Positions 1 through 6,692 of a stretch of DNA of 32,000 nucleotides are shown here, in pieces. The stretch is from Fibrobacter succinogenes subsp. succinogenes S85 (GTDB taxonomy: Bacteria > Fibrobacterota > Fibrobacteria > Fibrobacterales > Fibrobacteraceae): assembly GCF_000146505.1 (NCBI RefSeq), contig NC_017448.1, positions 750,001-782,000 of the forward strand. Direction: 5' to 3'. How positions within the stretch are numbered: position 1 is the first letter of the stretch; every line of letters begins with the position of its first letter. The notes under the pieces were generated by a model that worked only from the letters and a program-made list of their open reading frames with translations, did not search any database and was not told where the DNA came from. The translations under genes and the position numbers were made by a program.

Positions 1-354
1 GAAAACTTGCAGAAGGTTTTGGACGAAAACATCAAGGAAGTCCGCGTTTCTAGCCGCCTCAAGGATAGCCCGTGCTGCCTCGTCACAAGCGAAGATGCGA
101 TGAGCGCCCAGATGGAACGCATGATGAAGGCTATGGGCCAGAAGAACTTGCCGAAGTCCAAGCGCATTCTGGAAATCAACCCGACACACCCGATTTGCGA
201 AATGCTCAAGAAGAAAGCCGAAGCGAACGAAGATCTTGGCGATTGGCCGAAGGCCCTCTACGGTCAGGCTTTGCTTGCCGAAGGCTCTCCGCTCCCGAAC
301 CCCGCTGAATACGTCGCTGCGATTACAAAGCTGCTGACCGCATCTGTCAAGTAA
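1..354 (+). CDS. htpG: Molecular chaperone HtpG (Hsp90 family), C-terminal ~117 codons; the 5' end lies outside the window
   Basis: Frame 1 is open from base 1 to the TAA at 352-354. The translation (VRVSSRLKDSPCCLVTSEDAMSAQMERMMKAMGQ...ILEINPTHP...LLAEG) matches the conserved C-terminal dimerisation region of bacterial HtpG. Confidence 0.85.
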   Translation, partial: ENLQKVLDENIKEVRVSSRLKDSPCCLVTSEDAMSAQMERMMKAMGQKNLPKSKRILEINPTHPICEMLKKKAEANEDLGDWPKALYGQALLAEGSPLPNPAEYVAAITKLLTASVK

Positions 355-373
355 TTACGCGCTATGCACCATC

Positions 374-404
374 AAAAAGACCGCGATTAATCGCGGCCTT
401 TTTT
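374..404. terminator. Rho-independent terminator, probably bidirectional, between convergent htpG and the FISUMP lipoprotein gene
   Basis: Stem CCGCGA (381-386), loop TTAA, stem TCGCGG (391-396). An A-run lies at 374-378 and a T-run at 399-404. Confidence 0.6.
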
Positions 405-427
405 GCTTTTCTGCGACACTCGATTTG

Positions 428-2695
428 CTAATTTTTGACGCAGCGGACTGGATATGCATCGTCCTTACCCACGTTGCCCACAAATGAATCATCGTTTAAG
501 CTTGTCAAAGACACATTGCACGCGACGACTCTTCTGCAAGTCTCATCGCACCACTCATCGCTTTCGGCCTCTGTAGACGTCCACAAAACCCCGAGATAGC
601 CAATCTCGCTGTAAATGGGATATATTCCATTGATAAACCTGTATCCAGCAGGCGACGCCGAAAAGGAATAATCATCCGTACCGTTACCGCCTTCAGACCA
701 ACCAGAAGTTGATTTGAGTTTTTCACCTGCAGTCTCGGAGCCGCCAATTGCGGCAAACAAAGTATCATATTCAGCCTTCGTAGGCAAATGCCAGCCACTG
801 GGACACGCCCCCTGCACTGGATAGGTGGGTGTACACGTTTTTTGATAACCGCAGCCTTTGCCGTTTTCACTCCATACGCCAGCACTGTCCATTGCTGCGG
901 CCCAAGTGTAAAGGCGACCGTACTTGGAGCAGTACTTAGCGGAGTCGTTGAAGCAATAGGAACTATTCGTCTCAAAATTAAGATTCTCAGCCATCCAAAT
1001 CTGCGAACCTATCTTCACGGTTTTATAAGTTTGTTTGTCACGAGAATCCGTTAGCGTGCCATATTCGCATTCATCTTTAGTTTTTGTTTTGCAGGCTTTT
1101 GCCTCGGGCACTATAATAACCGGGGGTTCTATAATTTTAGGTTCGACATCCATCACGCAACGAACAGAATAGCCGTCGTCTTTGTTTCCAGAGCGGATAT
1201 CCGCACCATCATACACACTCTGAAAATACACGCATCCACTACTGTTTTCATATTCATTAGAACTCCAAAAGAGCGCTTGATACCCCTCCTCGTAATAATC
1301 GTCTTGGTAGAGCCAGTCCCTGTAACCTGCAGGAAGCACAGAAAAACCGAAAGCATCTGTCGCATCGCCACCGCGATTCCATCCACTCGTCTTGAGTGTT
1401 ATGCCAGCGACTTCTTCGCCCCCCACCGAGTCAATCAAGGTTTTCCATTCCGCTGTGGATGGCAGATGCCATCCCTCGGGACAAGCGTCCGCAGCTGCAG
1501 TCCATACATATAAGCGCCCAAACTTATCGCAATTATCTTTTGAATTATTGTAACAATAGCAATAATCGTTTTTGTATTTTGCCTCTCTCCTGTAATTCAA
1601 GTTCTGCGCCATCCACCACTGGTCACCGATTTTCACAGTCTTGTAAGTTTGTCCGTCGCGGTCATCCACCAATTCGCCATACTCGCAATTATCTTTAGTT
1701 GAAGTTTTGCAGCCTTTGGGCACAGCTACAGAGCTCCCCGATTTCGCAGATGAAGAAGACTTTGCGCTAGAAGAAGAGTTTGCCTTGCTACTGCTAGACT
1801 TTTCATTAGACGAAGTTTTGGAATCCAGAATGCAACGGACGGACATTGCATTGATCATCGGCTCACCCCAAATATCAGCCTTTGCGTAACGATTCTCCAA
1901 AGACATGCAGAACGCGTGATCAACTAGAATCCTATTGCCATCCAGCCTAGTCGATGATTCAACATCTTCCGTAGAACTCCAGAAATACGCCTCTGTCTTG
2001 TCGCCAATAAAATCGTACGATTCAATATTCTCAGTGACATAATCACTCAAATCGTCTTCCTTTCTGAAGCCTCCAGGGAGGGCCGTAAAACCATACTCAT
2101 CCGTTCCAACAGTTTCTTTTTTCTCAAATTTCCAGCCGTCAACAGACTTGAGCTTTATTCCCGCATTACCGCTACCGCCAACTGTTTGGATCAAGGTTTC
2201 AAATTCGTCCTTAGAGGGCAAGTGCCAGCCGCCAGGGCAAACTTCCGTTGCAGCATCCCACTTATAAAGTCGACCGTATGTACCACATAAGCCCGGATGA
2301 CTATTTTGTTTGTATGAAGGTTCTTCGCCAAAGCAGTAGCTAAGGCCCGAATTATAATTCAAGTTTTCCGCCATCCAGACCTGGTCACCGATTTTCACGG
2401 TCTTATAGGTCTTATTGTCGCGAGGGTCCTTCATGGTATTGTTTTTTTCGTCGTATACAGCCTTAGCACCGCTCGCACTTGAGGATGTTTTCGCAGACGA
2501 AGAAGACTTTGCAGAACTAGACGAAACTTTTTTGCTTGACGAGGAGTTCGCGTTGCTGCTGCTGGATTTTTTCACAGCACTGCTGGACACAGGTTCTTCT
2601 GAATCAGCATTGCTGCCAGAATCGCCACCACAGGCGGTAAAGACAGACATAGCCGTCACAAGCAAGAACGGCAAAAACCTAGCAAACATTTTCAT
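428..2695 (-). CDS. Lipoprotein with three tandem Fibrobacter succinogenes major paralogous (FISUMP, TIGR02145/PF09603-like) domains joined by Ser-rich linkers
   Basis: Three repeats of D.RD..TYKTVKIG.Q.WMAENLN ... GRLY.W ... CP.GWHLP ... VRC fall at about 1826-2434, 1151-1678 and 437-1063. The start is placed at ATG 2693-2695 (MKMFARFLPFLLVTAMSVFTAC, signal peptide plus lipobox Cys), 6 nt after GGAGGAG. ATG 2699-2701 is an alternative. The ORF-track start at 2854 is a TTG inside a hairpin element and lacks a signal peptide. Confidence 0.85.
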   Translation of the reverse strand: MKMFARFLPFLLVTAMSVFTACGGDSGSNADSEEPVSSSAVKKSSSSNANSSSSKKVSSSSAKSSSSAKTSSSASGAKAVYDEKNNTMKDPRDNKTYKTVKIGDQVWMAENLNYNSGLSYCFGEEPSYKQNSHPGLCGTYGRLYKWDAATEVCPGGWHLPSKDEFETLIQTVGGSGNAGIKLKSVDGWKFEKKETVGTDEYGFTALPGGFRKEDDLSDYVTENIESYDFIGDKTEAYFWSSTEDVESSTRLDGNRILVDHAFCMSLENRYAKADIWGEPMINAMSVRCILDSKTSSNEKSSSSKANSSSSAKSSSSAKSGSSVAVPKGCKTSTKDNCEYGELVDDRDGQTYKTVKIGDQWWMAQNLNYRREAKYKNDYCYCYNNSKDNCDKFGRLYVWTAAADACPEGWHLPSTAEWKTLIDSVGGEEVAGITLKTSGWNRGGDATDAFGFSVLPAGYRDWLYQDDYYEEGYQALFWSSNEYENSSGCVYFQSVYDGADIRSGNKDDGYSVRCVMDVEPKIIEPPVIIVPEAKACKTKTKDECEYGTLTDSRDKQTYKTVKIGSQIWMAENLNFETNSSYCFNDSAKYCSKYGRLYTWAAAMDSAGVWSENGKGCGYQKTCTPTYPVQGACPSGWHLPTKAEYDTLFAAIGGSETAGEKLKSTSGWSEGGNGTDDYSFSASPAGYRFINGIYPIYSEIGYLGVLWTSTEAESDEWCDETCRRVVACNVSLTSLNDDSFVGNVGKDDAYPVRCVKN
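1730..1822 (-). repeat. Ser-rich low-complexity linker 2 (SKTSSNEKSSSSKANSSSSAKSSSSAKSGSS) inside the FISUMP lipoprotein
   Basis: Direct reading of the translation. Composition and SSSSAK periodicity match linker 1. Confidence 0.8.
2468..2590 (-). repeat. Ser-rich low-complexity linker 1 (SSSAVKKSSSSNANSSSSKKVSSSSAKSSSSAKTSSSASGA) inside the FISUMP lipoprotein
   Basis: Direct reading of the translation. The DNA is a degenerate AGC/TCT-type repeat. Confidence 0.8.
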
Positions 2696-2751
2696 AAACA
2701 TCTCCTCCCCATACATTTGAGGTAAATATAAGTAATTTGAGGATTTAAAAA

Positions 2752-2853
2752 GGCGATCCCGGAACAAAAGCAACCAAGGCGAACGCTGCGAAAATGCTTG
2801 CATTTTCATAGCTGAGCCGAAGGGCTTTGTACTTGTACAAGTCCGGGATGACA
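2752..2853. repeat. Hairpin-family copy A: GGCGATCCCGGA ... TCCGGGATGACA with a ~78-nt structured insert in the loop
   Basis: The outer 8-bp stem ATCCCGGA/TCCGGGAT is identical to copy C at 6561-6581. The insert contains GAAAATGC-TT-GCATTTTC and the palindrome CTTGTACAAG. On the minus strand the element is followed by CGCCTTTTTAAA, which fits a terminator for the gene ending at 2867. Confidence 0.6.
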
Positions 2854-2866
2854 AAGCAAGAAAATC

Positions 2867-4282
2867 TCATTCCACAATTTTTTCAAGCAGCGAAATAGCC
2901 TTTTTCATCTGTTTTTCGGGTACCGATGAATAGTTGATGACAAATTCGTGTTGCGATGGGGTCGCCATCGTGTAATAATCCGAAAGTGCTCCGATGCGTA
3001 CGCCTTTTTCGAGAGCCCGATTGCAAAATTCTTCATCGGAAAGCGTAGTTTTCACTTTTAGAATAAAGTGCAAGCCTGCATCTTGTTCGGCGATTTCAAC
3101 GCGATCATGAAGCGGACTGCGACGGATGATATCAAGCAGAGTATCGCGACGGTGACGGTAAAAATTGCGCATACGGTTGATGTGCTTTTCGTAATGACCG
3201 CCACTGATGAACGCAGCAAGCACATACTGCACGAGATTTGAAATTGTACAAGTGTAAAACGAGAACTCTTCACGAAATTTTTGCGCAAGCGGTTTCGGAA
3301 GAATCATATAACCCACACGCACTGTAGAGGCAAGCGTTTTAGAAAATGAATTTATATAAATCGTCTTGTCTTGCACATCGATGTTTTGAAGCGCCGGAAT
3401 CGGGCGCCCCACCATACGGAACTCGCTATCGTATTCGTCTTCAACAATGTAGCGGTTGCTCGATTTTGAAGCCCAGCTCAAGAGTTCATAGCGACGGCTC
3501 ACAGGCATTACCTTCCCTGTCGGGAAATGGTGCGATGGCGAAAGATGAACAACATCGGTACACGTTTCTTCGAGTTGGTCAATGCGAACGCCCTGTTCAT
3601 CTAGCGGGATAAAATTGCAAACGACATTTAGCTTTTGGTAGATTTTAGAAATCTTGCTGTAGCCAGGGTCTTCAACGCCATACTTTTTATCAAAGCCCAA
3701 AAGCTGCACAAGCCAAGTGTAAAGGCAATCTGTTCCAGCACCAACGACAATCTGTTCCGGATCCACACGCATTCCGCGAAACTCCAGAAGCATCTTGGCG
3801 ATCGCTTTTCGAAGCGCGATAACGCCTGAATTCGGCGAACGCGTGAGCAGTTCATTTTGCTGTTCACAGAGGACTTTTCGCGTAATCTTCGCCCACGTCG
3901 AGAACGGGAACGTCGAAGCATCTACCTGATTATTGACAAAGTCTGCAATGTAATGCGGAGTTTTTGGCGGTTCAACGCGTTGCGACTCACGGGATTGCTT
4001 GGTCGGAACAGGCTTGGGAAGAATCTGCGGATTTTTTGATTGAATCGCCGCAACGAAAAAGCCCTTGCGCGGAAGCGAGTAAATGAAGCCCTCCGCTAAA
4101 AGCTGCTCGTATGCATTTTCAACAGTCACGACGCTCACGCCCAGCGCATTTGCAAACGGACGCTTCGACGGAAGCTTCGCATCCGCCTCAAGACGCCCCG
4201 ACAGAATATCATCCTTGATAGAACGATACAAGAAATGATAAAGAGTATCATCCCCCGCCTTTGAGATATCATATGAAAGCAT
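2867..4282 (-). CDS. pdxR: MocR-subfamily GntR transcriptional regulator (wHTH plus fold-type-I aminotransferase-like PLP domain); probable PdxR
   Basis: The N-terminal GntR wHTH reads LPSKRPFANALGVSVVTVENAYEQLLAEGFIYSLPRKGFFV. The C-terminal aminotransferase-like domain has SFSK (PLP lysine context). The gene is divergent from pdxS-pdxT, the arrangement known for PdxR. RBS AAAGGA lies upstream of ATG 4282. Confidence 0.8.
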   Translation of the reverse strand: MLSYDISKAGDDTLYHFLYRSIKDDILSGRLEADAKLPSKRPFANALGVSVVTVENAYEQLLAEGFIYSLPRKGFFVAAIQSKNPQILPKPVPTKQSRESQRVEPPKTPHYIADFVNNQVDASTFPFSTWAKITRKVLCEQQNELLTRSPNSGVIALRKAIAKMLLEFRGMRVDPEQIVVGAGTDCLYTWLVQLLGFDKKYGVEDPGYSKISKIYQKLNVVCNFIPLDEQGVRIDQLEETCTDVVHLSPSHHFPTGKVMPVSRRYELLSWASKSSNRYIVEDEYDSEFRMVGRPIPALQNIDVQDKTIYINSFSKTLASTVRVGYMILPKPLAQKFREEFSFYTCTISNLVQYVLAAFISGGHYEKHINRMRNFYRHRRDTLLDIIRRSPLHDRVEIAEQDAGLHFILKVKTTLSDEEFCNRALEKGVRIGALSDYYTMATPSQHEFVINYSSVPEKQMKKAISLLEKIVE

Positions 4283-4311
4283 TTAAGAAATCCTTTTCTG
4301 TAAACCAAGAA

Positions 4312-4340
4312 GGCGATGCCCGAATAAATCGGGCATGACA
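4312..4340. repeat. Hairpin-family copy B: GGCGATGCCCGAATAAATCGGGCATGACA
   Basis: Stem ATGCCCGA (4316-4323) pairs with TCGGGCAT (4329-4336), loop ATAAA. It sits about 30 nt upstream of the pdxR start codon, so it would be in the pdxR leader on the minus strand. Confidence 0.6.
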
Positions 4341-4419
4341 TCATTATTATAACGAGCGAAGACCGTTTCGAGTGTTTTTACAATGCGAAGTCTATACATT
4401 ATCAAGCATTCCTTTTGAA

Positions 4420-4450
4420 AAAACTGACCACAAACTGACATTAAACTGAA
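4420..4450. promoter_or_regulatory. Three direct repeats AAACTGA(C/A) at exact 11-bp spacing; candidate PdxR (MocR) operator
   Basis: AAACTGAC at 4421-4428, AAACTGAC at 4432-4439 and AAACTGAA at 4443-4450, all in the pdxR/pdxS divergent intergenic region. MocR regulators bind helically phased short repeats. Confidence 0.4.
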
Positions 4451-4478
4451 CCTATTAAAATAATAGAAATTTGAACAT

Positions 4479-4506
4479 TTGATAAAGTCAATAAAAAGTC
4501 TAATTT
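4479..4506 (+). promoter_or_regulatory. Possible sigma70-type pdxS promoter TTGATA-N16-TAATTT, overlapped by two AAAGTC repeats (4484-4489, 4495-4500; 11-bp spacing)
   Basis: Sequence inspection only. The promoter consensus for Fibrobacter is unknown to me. The site lies 39 nt upstream of the pdxS ATG. Confidence 0.25.
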
Positions 4507-4544
4507 AAGCCTCAAAACGAAACAAACGCAACAAGGAGAACCCA

Positions 4545-5423
4545 ATGCCTACAGAAAATCGCTACGAACTCAACAAGAATCTCGCCCAAATGCTTAAAGG
4601 CGGAGTCATTATGGATGTGACCACCCCGGAACAGGCAAAAATTGCAGAAGCCGCCGGTGCAGCCGCCGTCATGGCACTCGAGCGCATCCCTGCCGACATT
4701 CGCGCCGCAGGCGGAGTCTCTCGCATGAGCGACCCCAAGATGATTAAAGGCATCCAGGACGCCGTTTCCATCCCCGTGATGGCAAAATGCCGTATCGGGC
4801 ACTTCGTCGAAGCACAACTTTTGGAAGCCATCGAAATTGACTACATCGACGAAAGCGAAGTACTCTCCCCCGCCGATGACGTATTCCACATCAACAAGCA
4901 CGAATTTAAAGTGCCGTTCGTCTGCGGGGCCCGCGACCTCGGCGAAGCACTCCGCCGCATTGAAGAAGGCGCTTCCATGATCCGCACCAAAGGCGAACCG
5001 GGAACCGGCGACATCGTACAGGCAGTCCGCCACATCCGTCTCATGAATCAGGAAATCGCACGCATCACCTCTATGCGTGAAGACGAACTGTTCAACCGCG
5101 CCAAGGAATTGCAAGTTTCGTACGAACTCGTGAAGTTCGTTCACGACCACAAGCGACTCCCCGTCGTGAACTTTGCCGCAGGTGGCGTTGCCACACCCGC
5201 CGACGCAGCACTCATGATGCAACTCGGCGCCGAAGGCGTGTTCGTCGGATCAGGTATTTTCAAGTCCGGCAATCCGGCCAAGCGTGCCGCCGCGATCGTG
5301 CAAGCTGTCACAAACTACAAGGACGCCAAACTCATTGCCAAGCTCTCCGAAGATTTAGGCGAAGCGATGGTCGGCATCAACGAAAACGAAATTGCACTTT
5401 TAATGGCTGAACGAGGAAAGTAA
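4545..5423 (+). CDS. pdxS: Pyridoxal 5'-phosphate synthase, lyase subunit PdxS
   Basis: Near-invariant PdxS sequence: [41 protein letters not shown]...MSDP...[16 protein letters not shown]...DESEVL...[18 protein letters not shown] lies 7 nt upstream. Confidence 0.97.
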   Translation: MPTENRYELNKNLAQMLKGGVIMDVTTPEQAKIAEAAGAAAVMALERIPADIRAAGGVSRMSDPKMIKGIQDAVSIPVMAKCRIGHFVEAQLLEAIEIDYIDESEVLSPADDVFHINKHEFKVPFVCGARDLGEALRRIEEGASMIRTKGEPGTGDIVQAVRHIRLMNQEIARITSMREDELFNRAKELQVSYELVKFVHDHKRLPVVNFAAGGVATPADAALMMQLGAEGVFVGSGIFKSGNPAKRAAAIVQAVTNYKDAKLIAKLSEDLGEAMVGINENEIALLMAERGK

Positions 5424-6047
5424 ATGAGCGAAAACAAAACAAACAACCACATCAAAATCGGCGTACTCGCCGTACAAGGTGCATTTGCTGAGCACCGCCA
5501 GATCCTTGAGAAGCTCGGCGTTGAAACGTTTGAAATCCGCCAGTTGCGAGACCTCGAACAAGATTTCGATGGGCTCATTTTACCCGGCGGCGAAAGCACC
5601 GTACAAGGAAAGCTTTTGCACGACCTCAGACTTTTCGAGCCCTTACGCGAACGTATCGAAAGCGGACTCCCGACATTTGGCACTTGCGCAGGATTGATTC
5701 TACTTGCCGAGAAATTGAGCAACGACGGTCATACGTATTTTGCGACAACGCCCGTCACTGTAGAACGCAATGCCTACGGTCGGCAGCTCGGGAGTTTTTA
5801 CACCGAAGAAAATTTTGAGGGAATCGGGAAAATCCCGATGACATTCATCCGAGCCCCGCTCATACAGCGCGCAAGCCAGGATGTGCAAATTCTCGCGACC
5901 GTTCAAAATCAAATTGTCGCTGTGCGATACAAGAATCAACTCGCTATTTCGTTCCACCCAGAACTCAATAACGATTTAAGAGTGCATCAATATTTCGTGG
6001 AGGAAATAGTGAAAGCGAATCAAATACAGGCAAAGAAAGCTGCTTAA
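5424..6047 (+). CDS. pdxT: Pyridoxal 5'-phosphate synthase, glutaminase subunit PdxT
   Basis: [22 protein letters not shown] and GTCAG (catalytic Cys) are present. The ATG directly abuts the pdxS stop codon. Confidence 0.95.
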   Translation: MSENKTNNHIKIGVLAVQGAFAEHRQILEKLGVETFEIRQLRDLEQDFDGLILPGGESTVQGKLLHDLRLFEPLRERIESGLPTFGTCAGLILLAEKLSNDGHTYFATTPVTVERNAYGRQLGSFYTEENFEGIGKIPMTFIRAPLIQRASQDVQILATVQNQIVAVRYKNQLAISFHPELNNDLRVHQYFVEEIVKANQIQAKKAA

Positions 6048-6051
6048 ATAA

Positions 6052-6444
6052 TTAGCGCGTAACGAGCGCGATTATCGCCGTTATAAGACCGCCAACAGCA
6101 ACACCCGCCAGCACAATGAAAGCCACCATCATCCACTTGACGTACTTTGCCAAGCGAACAACCATGGAATTCTGGTCCTTGGCGAATTGCTGATAAGCAT
6201 TGAGAGCGGCCATTACAGTAAAGCCCACATCATCAAGCCAACCAAACAGCGGAATCGTATCCGGGACCGCATCAATCGGAGATAAATCGTAAACCACCGC
6301 AAGCATAGCGATAATCACAGAAAGCGCTTTCCAGACAACGGGAGCGCCATTCTGTTCATCCCCCGTTTTCACACTTCGCTTTTCACGATGCATATCGTTC
6401 ATATCGTGAACTTCAACATCATCGTAAACTTTACCATTAGCCAT
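6052..6444 (-). CDS. DUF1232 (YkvA-family) membrane protein
   Basis: Carries the DUF1232 signature YDLSPIDAVPDTIPLFGWLDD and flanking hydrophobic helices. RBS GAAGGA lies upstream of ATG 6444. Confidence 0.75.
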   Translation of the reverse strand: MANGKVYDDVEVHDMNDMHREKRSVKTGDEQNGAPVVWKALSVIIAMLAVVYDLSPIDAVPDTIPLFGWLDDVGFTVMAALNAYQQFAKDQNSMVVRLAKYVKWMMVAFIVLAGVAVGGLITAIIALVTR

Positions 6445-6486
6445 TCAAACCAATCCTTCTAATCAAATTACTTTTTAAATATACAA

Positions 6487-6525
6487 ACAAAAAGAAAAAG
6501 ACTACCGATTTCTCGATAATCTTTT
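6487..6525 (-). terminator. Rho-independent terminator acting on the minus strand
   Basis: Arms at 6500-6508 and 6513-6521 pair fully on the minus-strand RNA (two G-U wobbles) but give two C-A mismatches on the plus strand. On the minus strand the hairpin is followed by TTTTTCTTTTT. Confidence 0.55.
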
Positions 6526-6556
6526 TCTAAAAGTATCTGCTATTTGAACCGTGTAT

Positions 6557-6585
6557 GCCGATCCCGGAATAAATCCGGGATGACT
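6557..6585. repeat. Hairpin-family copy C: GCCGATCCCGGAATAAATCCGGGATGACT
   Basis: Stem ATCCCGGA (6561-6568) pairs with TCCGGGAT (6574-6581). The loop ATAAA is identical to copy B, and two stem positions differ from B by compensatory changes. Confidence 0.6.
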
Positions 6586-6692
6586 GCAAAAAAATCGGAT
6601 AAGCGAGCAGAGCCAGGCCGCAGACCCCGAAGCCGTACAAATAGTACGGCGAGTGGGTTGAGAACGCCGCTATGCGAAGCTTAGACGATTTT

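Noticed and set aside
428-2695. Diversity-generating retroelement targeting the lectin-like FISUMP domains
   Set aside because: The window has no reverse transcriptase gene. No near-identical template/variable repeat pair is present, and the three domain C-termini are highly diverged rather than differing only at adenines.
2696-2854. N-terminal extension of the FISUMP ORF to a TTG at 2854
   Set aside because: The extension has no RBS, runs through the hairpin element, and would bury the signal peptide and lipobox. GGAGGAG plus an ATG at 2695-2701 gives a normal lipoprotein precursor.
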